A stretch of 64,000 nucleotides of DNA from IMG/VR virus record IMGVR_UViG_3300045988_157791. The stretch is one strand, 5' to 3'. The notes under the pieces were generated by a model, which was not told the origin of the DNA, searched no databases, and saw nothing but the letters and a program-made list of their open reading frames with translations. Below, piece by piece: positions 48,692 through 59,420 of the stretch. Source of the stretch: a virus (Duplodnaviria; Heunggongvirae; Uroviricota; Caudoviricetes). Positions within the stretch are counted from its first letter, which is position 1. Every line of letters starts with the position of its first letter. Position numbers and translations under genes: made by a program.

Positions 48692-51600
48692 TTACTTATT
48701 TATTGTCTCCGCGATATCAGCCAGAATGGCCTCCAGTCGCTCTCCTTCTTCCGGTCGGAAGTACAGGATATTCGGGTTAAATCCGTAGAAGACGGTTGCA
48801 TCAAGCTCTGGGAAGTACTCCTTACGACCAATCAGATCTGATGGTTTACTCTTATTGTTAAATAGTGCGGTTGAACGACTACCACACGTCAAAATGTAGG
48901 TTGGTCGTACAAGATTAATTTCTTCCCGCATAAAGTCTGTGAACTGGCCTATCTCGTCTTTGGTATAGTCTTTCTCTTTGTCCTTAACCTTCTTACAAAC
49001 ACCCGTGACATAAAGATCGCCCATGCGCAGATCTCCAACTGTCAGTAGTTTTGCCTTAAAGTCGTCGTATCCGTTCTCCATGAAGTAGCCGGTACGAGCG
49101 TCATTGCCGTTCGCATTGTCCAGAATGATCATGATTTTGGGTTTAATACCAATAGTCGGGCGTATCAACTCCTCACCCAAGCCCATTTCAGCCGCCATAC
49201 GTGTCATGAGTACGTTGATTTCGGCAGAACGCTTAGGATTCATTTCGAACGGACGTGATGCTTTAACAGCGTCAATGATGAGATTGCCCATCAGCTCAGC
49301 CTGGTCGCGCAGTCGTTCAGGATCAGTTGCTGGCAGACTGCCTGGCTCAATTGACGCAAAAGCCCCTACTTTATGAAGCGACTCGCGTACACGACTGTTA
49401 CATGCACGCTTCTCGACCGCTTCATCGAATTGTGCCACTGACTCGAATTTGCCACCAACTTTCTCACGCGCACGCATAATTGCCTGACAACCATTTTCAG
49501 AACAGCCTTTCACAGCAGAGAATGGCGCATACAGTGCCTGACTGCCGTCTTCGAGTGTGCGGATCTCAATTCGGTTAGATGACACATTAACGTCTGGTGG
49601 CAATACGCGAATGCCATAGGTCAGCGCATCCTTCACCAGCCCCTGATGCTTATCCTCGCCCAGAATGGTGAGCGCAGCTGCGAAGAACTCAGCAGGGTAG
49701 TGCGTCTTTAGCCACATAGACTGATAACTGATTAAAGAATAAGCAACGGAGTGTGATTTATTGAACTGATAGGCTCCGTTTTTCTCAAATGCGGTCCAGA
49801 TCTCCTTCGCTTTCATCTCTGATAGCCCTGGATGTGACGCTGTAACGCGTACTGCGTTTATAGGTAGTTTTGCGCCGTGCTCAAGTGCCTCTTCGACAGT
49901 TTTCAGAGTTCCGTCTTCGCATTTAAAATGTTCCGCACGGTGAATGCGCTGTGTAGTGCCATCTTCCAGCTCAACGTCTATCCAGCCAGCTTGAGCCTGA
50001 ACGATGAACTTCTCGCCCATGCTCTTCATTTTTTCCATGTTCTTCTTACCGATTGCGGAACGCACAGCGTCAGCTTCAGCCATTGTGAAGCCGGCAAGCA
50101 ATCGAGTCGCGTTCATCGTCTGTTCCTGATAGAGAATCACGCCATTTGTTTCCGCGGTAAGTTCATCAAGAACGGGGTGTAATGATTCCGGCGTCATAAA
50201 GCCTTTGGCGACAGAAACATAGTCATCCAACATGCCTGATTGAATTGGCCCCGGCCGGAAGAGCGCAGTTGTAGCGACGACCGTTTTAAAGCTCATTGGC
50301 TCAATTCCACCACCTAAATCTTTAAGCAGCTTGCGCATTGGGCCTGATTCAAGCTGGAAAACACCTTGAGTGTACCCAGCAGCAAAACCATCCAGCACCT
50401 TGCGATCTTCAAGAGAAATGGCATCAAGATTGATATCTTCACCTGTGTTCTCTTTTATGTAGCGTTTTGCACTATCGAGCAAATCGAGAGTTGCCAGGCC
50501 AAGCACGTCCAGCTTAATTAGGCCCATAGCCTCGCAGTAACGCTTGTCAAATGCGATACAACGCGCGTCACCACGGCGCTCAACCGGTGTACGTTCTGTC
50601 AGAGGAACACCTGCTACGATCATCCCTGCCGCATGTCTACCAAAGCCACGCATAAGGCTTTGTAACTTGCAGGCTGCATTGAATGCATCAGGATATTTTG
50701 TTGCGTATTTGTCGAGACTTGCCAGTTGTTCGCGCAGTTCTTCCAATGGAAGGCTATCATCCTCAGCGTTCTTCAGTTCTTTTGATACCGCCATATCTGC
50801 GGACTCCACACCATAAATACGAGCGGTGTCACGTAGTGCAGAGGCTGCGCCCAGGTAGGTGAAGTTCGGAATGCCTGCAACGTAATCTTCGCCGTAGCGT
50901 TCATTCAGATACTCGATCACCTCATGGCGACGTGCCTGGCTGAAGTCCAAATCCGCATCTGGCAAGTCGAGACGCTCAGGGTTGATGAAACGCTCAAACA
51001 GAAGACCGTGACGGATTGGGTCGACGTTGGTTATGCCTATGCACCACGCCACCAGAGAACCGGCAGAGGAACCACGACCAGGCCCAACGGGAATGCCAGT
51101 TTCACGACTATGATTCATCAGATCGCGCACCATCAGGAAGTAACCACAGAATCCCAGGCGAGTCAGCGTGTCCATTTCGTACTTTAGCCGCTCAACATAA
51201 ACCCTGTTCTCAGAAGCAGGTGGTGTGTATCCAAACTCTTTTGTGGTAAGACGTTTACGCAGCCCTGCAACAGCCAGTTTCATAAGCGTTGCAGGCTCGT
51301 CGTCTGCCATCTTTGGCAGTGCTGGCGGCAATTCATGCCAGCGCCATGTGCAGGCATCGATAATGGTATCCTGCGTTGTTGAGGCCATTGCAGCTGTTAC
51401 CGGCACATCCATGCGAACGGAGAAGGCTTTAAGCGCCTCAAGGAGATGGCGGCGACCATTGACGGCGTTATCTCGCTGGTGGGGGATACGCAGACGATGC
51501 GGCTGGTCGATTTTGATGTTGTTCGTAACCATGTGCGCAATGTCTTTAATGTCTGCATCGTCGATCGATTCGTAATAAGCGGGATAGAACGCCACTGGCT

Positions 51601-52210
51601 CTATTTTCAATGCGCTGGCGACTTTCATCGCCCGGACGTTAATCTGGTCGTAGAATGGGGTAGGGTGCGGATAAACCACACTATAGAAGTTGTCTTTTCC
51701 ACCCGCTGTAATCAGTGTGCTTATGATTTTTGCAAAATCGTTGCGTTGGAACACGCTACCGATGTCGGAAGTAAGCAGGATGATGTTGCCTTTGGCATAT
51801 GTAGAAACCAACTGTTCGAGCGAGAGACGCGGTACAAAGTAGAACTGTTCTCGTGTGTTGGCCGCCGTCATTAGTTCGCAGATGTCGCGATATCCTTGCT
51901 CATTTTTAATTAGAGCGGTAAACGAGTAGTTACGTCCCCGCTCTAATGATTCCATACATCTCATAGATTCTTTAGCAAGTTTAGCCCGGTGCTCGTATGT
52001 GGGATCATCAACAATGTTTAGTTTCACACCACAAATAACCGCCATGTCGTCACCAGCGGCACGTTGTAGTGGAATAACGCTCGCAATATTCATGCTATCT
52101 GCTGAAATTACAGCGGTGTAGCCAGCTTCTCTGGCAATCTTCACCGCGTTTTCTGCTTTTAGAGCCGACTCCCCAAGTGAGAAGTCAGTTCGAACCATCA
52201 GTGCCTTCAT
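48692..52210 (-). CDS. DNA polymerase III alpha subunit (DnaE-type, 1172 aa)
   Basis: N-terminal PHP domain; motif GYFLMVRDLMNHSRETGIPVGPGRGSSAGSLVAWCIGITNVDPI typical of DnaE. Confidence 0.85.
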   Translation of the reverse strand: MKALMVRTDFSLGESALKAENAVKIAREAGYTAVISADSMNIASVIPLQRAAGDDMAVICGVKLNIVDDPTYEHRAKLAKESMRCMESLERGRNYSFTALIKNEQGYRDICELMTAANTREQFYFVPRLSLEQLVSTYAKGNIILLTSDIGSVFQRNDFAKIISTLITAGGKDNFYSVVYPHPTPFYDQINVRAMKVASALKIEPVAFYPAYYESIDDADIKDIAHMVTNNIKIDQPHRLRIPHQRDNAVNGRRHLLEALKAFSVRMDVPVTAAMASTTQDTIIDACTWRWHELPPALPKMADDEPATLMKLAVAGLRKRLTTKEFGYTPPASENRVYVERLKYEMDTLTRLGFCGYFLMVRDLMNHSRETGIPVGPGRGSSAGSLVAWCIGITNVDPIRHGLLFERFINPERLDLPDADLDFSQARRHEVIEYLNERYGEDYVAGIPNFTYLGAASALRDTARIYGVESADMAVSKELKNAEDDSLPLEELREQLASLDKYATKYPDAFNAACKLQSLMRGFGRHAAGMIVAGVPLTERTPVERRGDARCIAFDKRYCEAMGLIKLDVLGLATLDLLDSAKRYIKENTGEDINLDAISLEDRKVLDGFAAGYTQGVFQLESGPMRKLLKDLGGGIEPMSFKTVVATTALFRPGPIQSGMLDDYVSVAKGFMTPESLHPVLDELTAETNGVILYQEQTMNATRLLAGFTMAEADAVRSAIGKKNMEKMKSMGEKFIVQAQAGWIDVELEDGTTQRIHRAEHFKCEDGTLKTVEEALEHGAKLPINAVRVTASHPGLSEMKAKEIWTAFEKNGAYQFNKSHSVAYSLISYQSMWLKTHYPAEFFAAALTILGEDKHQGLVKDALTYGIRVLPPDVNVSSNRIEIRTLEDGSQALYAPFSAVKGCSENGCQAIMRAREKVGGKFESVAQFDEAVEKRACNSRVRESLHKVGAFASIEPGSLPATDPERLRDQAELMGNLIIDAVKASRPFEMNPKRSAEINVLMTRMAAEMGLGEELIRPTIGIKPKIMIILDNANGNDARTGYFMENGYDDFKAKLLTVGDLRMGDLYVTGVCKKVKDKEKDYTKDEIGQFTDFMREEINLVRPTYILTCGSRSTALFNNKSKPSDLIGRKEYFPELDATVFYGFNPNILYFRPEEGERLEAILADIAETINK

Positions 52211-52388
52211 GTGTTTTTACCTTTCTGGTTTTTTTGATTTTGTCATTGGGGAAGCCTACGAACTTCCCATGCATCGAAATCGCAACTTCTTTTGCTGATT
52301 GGTGACAATCGGGCTTGTCTGGACACACCAGACAAGCCTTACCAGTTTCAGAAGCAGCGATAAGAGAGCCGAAACATCCTTTACGCAC
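52185..52388 (-). CDS. small Cys-rich protein (67 aa), uncertain
   Basis: CxxC-containing ORF overlapping the dnaE start by 26 nt. Confidence 0.3.
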   Translation of the reverse strand: MRKGCFGSLIAASETGKACLVCPDKPDCHQSAKEVAISMHGKFVGFPNDKIKKTRKVKTHEGTDGSN

Positions 52389-52390
52389 GA

Positions 52391-53626
52391 TTAACCAAAT
52401 ATTTTTTGAACAACTTCACGAGCCGCTTGCGCAGAAGCTGAAGGGAGTTTGTTAATGAAAGAACGCTCAATACCTGTCACAAAGTCGCCTCGCATCATTC
52501 CAATCTTGGCCGACAACAAAAGTTCACGAGGGCCAATTGGCTGACTGATAAGGTGTTCTTCGTATCCATCGCGAACGATACCGGCAAACTTAACCATCTT
52601 TTCTGCGTATTCATCCACGATACCGGCATTTATCAACATGTTGATCTCTGCCTCTTTGCTCATGTATTTCACATTCGAAACGATGCCAAAACGCGAAAAG
52701 TTCGCGGCGTTCTGGATGTTTGTACCCTGGTACAAGCCGGTTTCATCACCAGATCCGTTCGTGTTGCCAGTGCCAATGAAAGCAAACCGTTCATGCGGAG
52801 TAATGCGACGCCATTCTGGAGTCGCCTCTTTGATGACCAACGCTTCACCTTCCAGCACTGGCTGATACACGCCAAGAATCTGTGGAAACGCAAAGTCGTA
52901 TTCATCCGCGAGGTAAACCCAGCCATGCTTCATTGCGAGCGCAAGCAAGCCAGGCTCGAAATACGTAGAGCCATCACGCGCCAGAATTTGCCCCGTAACA
53001 TGTGCCTCTTCCATTGATGCTGTATGTTGGGCACGGATCAACGGACGATTGAGCAAAGCACATAGCTGTGTAGGCAATGACGATTTGCCTGTTCCTGCAT
53101 GACCCCACAAATAGCCAGGTATGCCAAGTTCAAGCATCATGAAAATATCTTTGATCAGTTCGAAGTCGCCATATACGTAGCCCTTCTTCACTTCTGGAAC
53201 GAACTCTGGATACGGCGTATTGACGTTGACGCTAACCATGAGCGGCGTCCCACGTTTTGTTCCGAGTTCTTCCACCGTTACGTTTAGCAGTTCGTGAGCT
53301 GCGACCAGATCTGTCTTGTACTCAACTGTGCCTGTGTAGCCTGGGCTACTGGTCAAGCCAGAAGATTTCGCCATTTCGCTTTTTTGCTCGGCACGTTTAG
53401 CTTGAATTGCATCAAGTGCCTTTTTCGATAGCGTTGGTTCATCTGGAAACTGCGTTGTGTACATTTTCAGTACGGTGTCAGGATCGGCATCTTTTACTGA
53501 CTCAGGAATGCCCTCGCAATTACCATTGGCTACATGGGACTTAAAATAGTGAAATGATTTGCCGCACCACTTGCAAACAAGGTAATCAGAAGGATTTTTA
53601 TCATTTTGCAGTGCAGTAGTAGTCAT
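52391..53626 (-). CDS. CobS-like AAA+ ATPase (MoxR family)
   Basis: Walker A GHAGTGKSSL in an AAA_5-like context; adjacent to a vWA protein as in phage CobS/CobT pairs. Confidence 0.6.
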   Translation of the reverse strand: MTTTALQNDKNPSDYLVCKWCGKSFHYFKSHVANGNCEGIPESVKDADPDTVLKMYTTQFPDEPTLSKKALDAIQAKRAEQKSEMAKSSGLTSSPGYTGTVEYKTDLVAAHELLNVTVEELGTKRGTPLMVSVNVNTPYPEFVPEVKKGYVYGDFELIKDIFMMLELGIPGYLWGHAGTGKSSLPTQLCALLNRPLIRAQHTASMEEAHVTGQILARDGSTYFEPGLLALAMKHGWVYLADEYDFAFPQILGVYQPVLEGEALVIKEATPEWRRITPHERFAFIGTGNTNGSGDETGLYQGTNIQNAANFSRFGIVSNVKYMSKEAEINMLINAGIVDEYAEKMVKFAGIVRDGYEEHLISQPIGPRELLLSAKIGMMRGDFVTGIERSFINKLPSASAQAAREVVQKIFG

Positions 53627-53721
53627 GCGCTTTTCCTTTGTTCTCTAATGAGCGTTCAAGTTCTTATATAAATATACCATTAACTATGGTAAGTAGTTAC
53701 TTATCATTAAGGCTGTTTTAA

Positions 53722-55830
53722 TTACTTCAAAATGATACGAGATAGTTCAGTAACTACAGATGAACCAAGACTATCAACACTAGTTACCAGGGCATGATTT
53801 GCGTAAAATCTCTCCGGTGCATCAGTCATGATGCCAATTGCCATCAAATCAATGTCAGTCTGCGTTTCAATTTGCTTCGTAACCGAACGCAAATGGGCGT
53901 CAAAACCTCTCCCAACAGCCCACGGCGCGCCATCGCTCAGAACAAGCATGATCTTCCTGTCCTCCAAGCGACCGGAAAATAACGATGCAAGGCTGGCTAT
54001 GCTTTCACCATCCACGTTATTAAGAAGTGGGAATGTGTAGCCTACGCACCCCATACGTGAGCGAACTTCGCGAGAATTTGCTTTTTCATTCCAATTTTTG
54101 ATGATAGGTAGCATTAAAGATTCAAAGCGAGAGAACTCATATTTGATAGCCTTAAGTTCTCCTGCTGCCATATGACTGCCAAATGTAGTGAAGCCGGTGA
54201 TAATGTTGGGAACATTTATTCGATCAAGTGCATCGGCGATGGTATATGCACTTGCAAGAGCTAGTTTTATCGTTTCGCCACTCATTGAACCCGATAAATC
54301 AATCACTTGTTGAACACAGGCGTTAACGGCTTTAGATTCTTCTTTTTTACGAAACACGCGATCATCATTCATTGTTAATCTGTAGATACTTGAACCATGA
54401 ATGCGCCCCCGACGCTGGCCAGGTATAAACTGAACTCTGTTTCTGCTTGCTATTGCACGTTCCAGGTCTTTTGCCAGCGTCGACGAAACACCTGACGAAA
54501 GGTGCTTTTCAATATATTTGTCGAAGAGTTGGTTGCCTTCAGGAACGATGCGATAACGGCTGATTGGATATCCACCTAAATCAATATCGGAGAATGTTTT
54601 AATAAGCCGTTTGATATGGGCTTCTGCCTGATCAATCGAGCCGATGAAGTCGTATGAGCGATTGTATGGCCTGTATTCGCTTTTCGAGCTTTCTGTTAAC
54701 TCGCTTTTAATCGTTTCGGATAGCGCATCTTCTGTCATGCCTCCGACTTCATCTTCCATGCTATCCAACTCCTCTAAAGCCTCTTCCAGACTCATTTTTG
54801 ACGGAGTTGGAATGTCTGAAGAGCCGTCTTCTGTCGTTTTTCTTTTTTCGTGGTCAGCGGTTAATGATTCTGACGCCGCGTTATCAGAAGCATCAGAATC
54901 TGATACCGCTTTATCATTTTCTGTATCATCGAATATTGTTTCTGATGATTCAGGATTATCTGAATCATCACTGTCGTTATTATCATGTTTGTGCTTACTA
55001 TGTGACTCTGATTTAATAGATTTGTGATTATCTAACGATGAGGGTGTCTCATGATCTTCGTTGTCTTCATTGTTTTCTCCAGAGGCATCCGTCTGGTCAG
55101 CGTCTGAAGGATCGGAAGTTTTTCCCGGAGCTGACTCCTTACCTTTGCTTTCACTTTCAGTGTCTTTGAGGATCTTAGCTATGGTCGCAGCCACCTTTAC
55201 ACAATCCTCGGTGCAAGACATGTTACGCACGGCCACATCGATACCATGTTCTTTTAATAATGAAATTGGTTTCTCAATGACAGGCCAATATTCATCCATG
55301 AAATCTACGAACGGTGCTTGGCCATCCCAGGCTCTTACAACCGGACAGAGAAAGAAGTTTAGAAAAAGCGCGCGCTGATCTTTGCCACAATAAGCAATAG
55401 CCTCTGAAGCCTTTGGTTTAAAGACTTTTTCGATTATAAGGCGCTGAGTTGCCATCAGATTACGTCTTGTTCCGTTAAAGACCTGACCCATTTTTCGCTC
55501 GATGAACACGTCTTCTAAGGCATTCCATAGCGACCAGGAAGGAACGCGTCCTTTTTCTCTCATTTTGTTGGACACACGAATATCGGTAAACAAAATGTGA
55601 GCAACCTCATGATCGAGAAATCCGCGCACAGCATTCATCAATGCCGGTGTTGCGTTATCCGGGATTGATGGGATGTTTACGAGAATTGGCTCTCCATCAT
55701 CGTTATAGCGTACATAAGCGTCGTCCCCTCGTTCTGCAACAGGGATGTTTTTACCTGAAAGGAGAGCGACTACTCGTTTTACACTGTCACGGAAGTCCTG
55801 AACCTCTTTGATGGAACGTTTTTTAGACAT
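53722..55830 (-). CDS. CobT-like protein with C-terminal von Willebrand A domain and acidic central region
   Basis: MIDAS motif DLSGSMSG; long Asp/Glu/Ser-rich low-complexity region. Confidence 0.55.
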   Translation of the reverse strand: MSKKRSIKEVQDFRDSVKRVVALLSGKNIPVAERGDDAYVRYNDDGEPILVNIPSIPDNATPALMNAVRGFLDHEVAHILFTDIRVSNKMREKGRVPSWSLWNALEDVFIERKMGQVFNGTRRNLMATQRLIIEKVFKPKASEAIAYCGKDQRALFLNFFLCPVVRAWDGQAPFVDFMDEYWPVIEKPISLLKEHGIDVAVRNMSCTEDCVKVAATIAKILKDTESESKGKESAPGKTSDPSDADQTDASGENNEDNEDHETPSSLDNHKSIKSESHSKHKHDNNDSDDSDNPESSETIFDDTENDKAVSDSDASDNAASESLTADHEKRKTTEDGSSDIPTPSKMSLEEALEELDSMEDEVGGMTEDALSETIKSELTESSKSEYRPYNRSYDFIGSIDQAEAHIKRLIKTFSDIDLGGYPISRYRIVPEGNQLFDKYIEKHLSSGVSSTLAKDLERAIASRNRVQFIPGQRRGRIHGSSIYRLTMNDDRVFRKKEESKAVNACVQQVIDLSGSMSGETIKLALASAYTIADALDRINVPNIITGFTTFGSHMAAGELKAIKYEFSRFESLMLPIIKNWNEKANSREVRSRMGCVGYTFPLLNNVDGESIASLASLFSGRLEDRKIMLVLSDGAPWAVGRGFDAHLRSVTKQIETQTDIDLMAIGIMTDAPERFYANHALVTSVDSLGSSVVTELSRIILK

Positions 55831-55928
55831 GGCTAATCCTTTGTTATGAAAACAAATTATTTACTAGTGTGTTTAATGTAGCACTGCGCGAACAGGGAAC
55901 TAAGCCATTCGCGCAGGGAGAAGAGGGG

Positions 55929-56141
55929 TTAACAGATTCTGACAGCTAAAGACCCGGAGCCGGTATTGAGAAGCGTGAAGCGTTTGTTGTTAAGTTCGAA
56001 TATAAATCCAGTTGTGTCATTCACACCAACCTGAATCTGCTCATTCGGTAGATCGGTGAGGATGTCAGCTACACACTCATCAGCTAATTTCTGTACGTGT
56101 CCGATCTCAAGAGCGATTAGGCTGGAAATAGTGGTGTTCAT
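55929..56141 (-). CDS. hypothetical protein (70 aa)
   Basis: ORF. Confidence 0.35.
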   Translation of the reverse strand: MNTTISSLIALEIGHVQKLADECVADILTDLPNEQIQVGVNDTTGFIFELNNKRFTLLNTGSGSLAVRIC

Positions 56142-56392
56142 TCAATCAATCCATTCTAACTTATACTATGGTAAGGAATACTACTAAAATTTGTATCAAT
56201 ACTGAATACATTCATATCATATGCAAGTTGATTTTCTTACCTGTTTTGGGCTAATTTTTCTCCGTGCAATGGCCTTTAACCGGTCTTTTAAGTGCCTATC
56301 GAAAAAAATGATAATAGCTTTACAACCCTAACCTTTGATGTAATATCGGTAAGCACTTACCAGAGAGAATTGAACGCGCAAAGGTTGTAACC

Positions 56393-56779
56393 ATGTCTGA
56401 TAACAAGATTGAATTTATAGAAAGTCGCTACGCTGCTTTTATCGCAGGGTTGATTGAATCCTCACCTATGAGCCAGGCCCAGATAGCCAAAACAATTGGG
56501 TATAAAAACGCCAACAACCTTTCTTTAATTAAAAGCGGCAAAATTCCTTTGCCTATCGATAAGGTTCGTCCGCTGGCGCTGGCACTGGGCATTGAGCCAA
56601 GTCGTCTTATGATGATGGTGCTGGAAGAACGCCAACCCGAACTCGCAGCATTTTTATACAAAGAAGGCACTGCTCCTCTTAACGAGGACGAAAAACAGGT
56701 TCTTGCTGCATATAACGAGCGATTCGGTAAAGAGAAAGGCGCATCACAAAAGGTTGTTGAGGCCATAAAGTCTCTATGA
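56393..56779 (+). CDS. XRE-family helix-turn-helix regulator
   Basis: HTH-like segment MSQAQIAKTIGYKNANNLSLIKSG. Confidence 0.55.
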   Translation: MSDNKIEFIESRYAAFIAGLIESSPMSQAQIAKTIGYKNANNLSLIKSGKIPLPIDKVRPLALALGIEPSRLMMMVLEERQPELAAFLYKEGTAPLNEDEKQVLAAYNERFGKEKGASQKVVEAIKSL

Positions 56780-57877
56780 AAAATTTACACGAATAAGCTC
56801 TGTTGATAGACGATCTCCCTTAAATTTGTGGTCAATTTCGTCTAAATCCGGTTGCTCTACGATTGATGCGATGTACGTCGAGAAACTTTCTAAGGCGTCT
56901 CGCATCTCGTCCATATAATCGTGCCGGTCGTAGACCCGATCTATCCCCTCAAGACTGTGGTTCATGATTTTACGTGATACCTCCTGGCTTATGCCTAATG
57001 CTGGGAAGTAACTACGCGCAGTACGGCGCAAATCTCGGGGTGTAAATGGCTCAAGCTCCATCAGTTCTGGTCGTTCCAGAATACGACGTAATGCCTGGGC
57101 TATTGCCACTTTAGACATAGGAAGGTCTTTCCCGATTTTTTTATTCGAAGGCACGAGCCACTGGCTGTCTTTACCATATTCGAACAACTCTTCAATACAA
57201 GTGCGCATTAATGAGCTTAAAGGCAGAGAATGCTCACGGGCAGATTTGTTCCTCTTGCCTTGATTCCAAACCCCACGCTTAAGATTGAACTCACTTTTTT
57301 TAGCCCGCAGTACTTCGTCAGGTCGTCTTGCGGATACAAGACATAGCCTGGCCGCCCATTTTGTACCAGCGCACACATTGAAGTAGTCCCATATATTCCA
57401 GAACACCCATACCTCTGCGTCGGTCAGCTTCCGCTCGCGAGGTGTGGGCTTTGCGCCACCGGCAACTTTGTTAAGTGACATATCGTTTAACGGTGACACG
57501 TCTATCATCCCCTGGAAGGCGCACCAGCTAAGGAACTGCTTCATCAGAGAGAAAACGCGGCGGCCCATAACAATTTTGCCATCCAGTATTAGTGGGTTGA
57601 CCAGTTGGTTCACCATGAACCTATTAATGTCACTTACTTTTACATCGGCAATGTGCGGCAAAACATGTATCAAAATACAATGAACAGCGATCTCTGGCCG
57701 ACGTCTGGTTATCAGCAGAGATAAGCGAGTGAATAACATGAATGCGTCCGAGAATCTCATGTCATTGCTGACCTGGGAGATCATAACGGCCTGCATTTGA
57801 GATGCTCTTTCGAGATACTCTATCGCCTCTTTTGAGGTGTTCTCCGCAGCGCGTGCTCTGTCAAAGCTATTTTTCAT
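56774..57877 (-). CDS. tyrosine recombinase / integrase
   Basis: C-terminal catalytic pattern TPRDLRRTA ... HSLEGIDRVYDRHDY (R, H-x-x-R, Y). Confidence 0.75.
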   Translation of the reverse strand: MKNSFDRARAAENTSKEAIEYLERASQMQAVMISQVSNDMRFSDAFMLFTRLSLLITRRRPEIAVHCILIHVLPHIADVKVSDINRFMVNQLVNPLILDGKIVMGRRVFSLMKQFLSWCAFQGMIDVSPLNDMSLNKVAGGAKPTPRERKLTDAEVWVFWNIWDYFNVCAGTKWAARLCLVSARRPDEVLRAKKSEFNLKRGVWNQGKRNKSAREHSLPLSSLMRTCIEELFEYGKDSQWLVPSNKKIGKDLPMSKVAIAQALRRILERPELMELEPFTPRDLRRTARSYFPALGISQEVSRKIMNHSLEGIDRVYDRHDYMDEMRDALESFSTYIASIVEQPDLDEIDHKFKGDRLSTELIRVNFS

Positions 57878-58050
57878 ATGACAATCACCGAGTTACGCCG
57901 ATGCACTGTATAAGTAAACAGTATATTAGGCATAGATTCTTATAGGATCAAGAGTAAAAGTAACTCATTTTCAGCAATGATTCCATACATAGTAGGTATG
58001 GAATCATTTAAGGGAGGAATTTAAATTCTGAGGCGTTATTAATATGATTG

Positions 58051-58461
58051 TTAAGGGTTAGTGAGAGCTTGAAATGCGGCCGCGTAGGTAGCGATATCGA
58101 CCATAATTTTTGGATCTTTCGCGTGCTGATGTGCGTTGTTAGGGAAGATTGCCAATAGGCTATACACATCTTGGAAATGTGCATGTTGACTGTAAACGAG
58201 TGCACGGTCGCTTGTGCAATTGAATCTGCTGCGGCTGCTGGTTCGTTCTTGCTTCGTGAACAAGAGATGAACGTGATAGACGCGGGAGGACACGATAGCA
58301 CCAGGAGCCGTATACGGGCCATCTTTGCCGAATATGGCTGGGTACATGCCTTGTTTAAACGACTTGAAATCGTTGAGTAACGTAATCTCTAAGTCAGGCT
58401 TTATATCGAAGGTCGGCTTTAAAAATTGGGCGTAACTATCACTGTTCCATGTGATCTTCAT
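58051..58461 (-). CDS. YafO-family toxin-like protein
   Basis: Aligns with E. coli YafO as I recall it (DF.S.K, FG.D, H.HL, LVY, LLAI..P..H, AEAF spacing). Confidence 0.55.
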   Translation of the reverse strand: MKITWNSDSYAQFLKPTFDIKPDLEITLLNDFKSFKQGMYPAIFGKDGPYTAPGAIVSSRVYHVHLLFTKQERTSSRSRFNCTSDRALVYSQHAHFQDVYSLLAIFPNNAHQHAKDPKIMVDIATYAAAFQALTNP

Positions 58462-58470
58462 CGTTCAACC

Positions 58471-59079
58471 TCAATGGAATGAGAAGTTGGCGAAGACGTC
58501 CTCATCAATGAGGCCAGTCTGCGATTCGATGACGTCTACGTCGTTAAAACACTGATTTAAAATCAATAGCAGATCAGAGATAGCTAAACGATACTCAGTT
58601 ACAGAATCGCTCAAGCGTTTCAAATATGGATGAGGTTGCTCAGAGTCGCGAATCAACTTGTTAACGAATCCCTCCAAACCACGAATGGTCAGGTCAACGT
58701 TCTTCAGTTCTTCGTAACGACTTTCACCGAAGTTGCTGCGAATCTTTTCCGCTTTCCATCCAGAGATGGCATGGGCTAAGCGAACGTGTTTCGCCGTCAA
58801 TTCTGCGAGCTTGCTTTCAATCTTTGCCAGCTGTGCCGCATCGCGGTTTTCTTGAACAGGAATAGCCGCAGTGCTCACATAGGTTTGTGTTTTGAATCCT
58901 GTGAATTTCGCAGAGGGCTTCATCGTGCCACGGAAGCGTCGATATCCACGCGGTTCAATAAAATCACGCCCAGATTTAGCTGTAGGCTTTGCGTTTGAAA
59001 AGCGTGAAGCGTTAGAGGTCACAGTAGCAAGGGCATTGCTAATGACACTCATATCTTCTAGGCAATTTTCTAAACGCAT
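58471..59079 (-). CDS. hypothetical protein, candidate non-canonical partner of the YafO-like toxin (202 aa)
   Basis: Ends 10 nt before the YafO-like start; no YefM/Phd-like features. Confidence 0.45.
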   Translation of the reverse strand: MRLENCLEDMSVISNALATVTSNASRFSNAKPTAKSGRDFIEPRGYRRFRGTMKPSAKFTGFKTQTYVSTAAIPVQENRDAAQLAKIESKLAELTAKHVRLAHAISGWKAEKIRSNFGESRYEELKNVDLTIRGLEGFVNKLIRDSEQPHPYLKRLSDSVTEYRLAISDLLLILNQCFNDVDVIESQTGLIDEDVFANFSFH

Positions 59080-59174
59080 AAAACCTCTTAACTACTCAAT
59101 GGCTCGTAACTAAGTGTACGCTGTGCTGATGAAAGCTACAAATAATAAATGGCCCCAAAAGGAGCCGTATTGTA

Positions 59175-59420
59175 TTACAGAGTGCTCGCAAAAGCAGCAA
59201 ATTCTGTGTATCCGCCAATCGGCTGGCCATCGATCAGCACTTGGGGGATAGTCTCTACCGGTTTACCAACAATTTCACTAAGTTTTTCCTTGTCGATACC
59301 GGCAGTGGTGATGTCGATGTACTCATAATCACTGTAGCCATGTCCCTTTAGTTGCTTCGCCAGCTCGACCGCACGTTTGCAGTATGAGCAGTTATCTCGT
59401 CCGTAGATAGTGATCGTCAT
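59175..59420 (-). CDS. glutaredoxin-like protein
   Basis: Thioredoxin-fold redox motif CSYC near the N-terminus, 81 aa. Confidence 0.7.
   Translation of the reverse strand: MTITIYGRDNCSYCKRAVELAKQLKGHGYSDYEYIDITTAGIDKEKLSEIVGKPVETIPQVLIDGQPIGGYTEFAAFASTL

Noticed and set aside
58008-58322. 104-aa minus-strand ORF and plus-strand ORF 58171-58380
   Set aside because: Both overlap the better-supported YafO-like frame (58051-58461) and have low-complexity translations.
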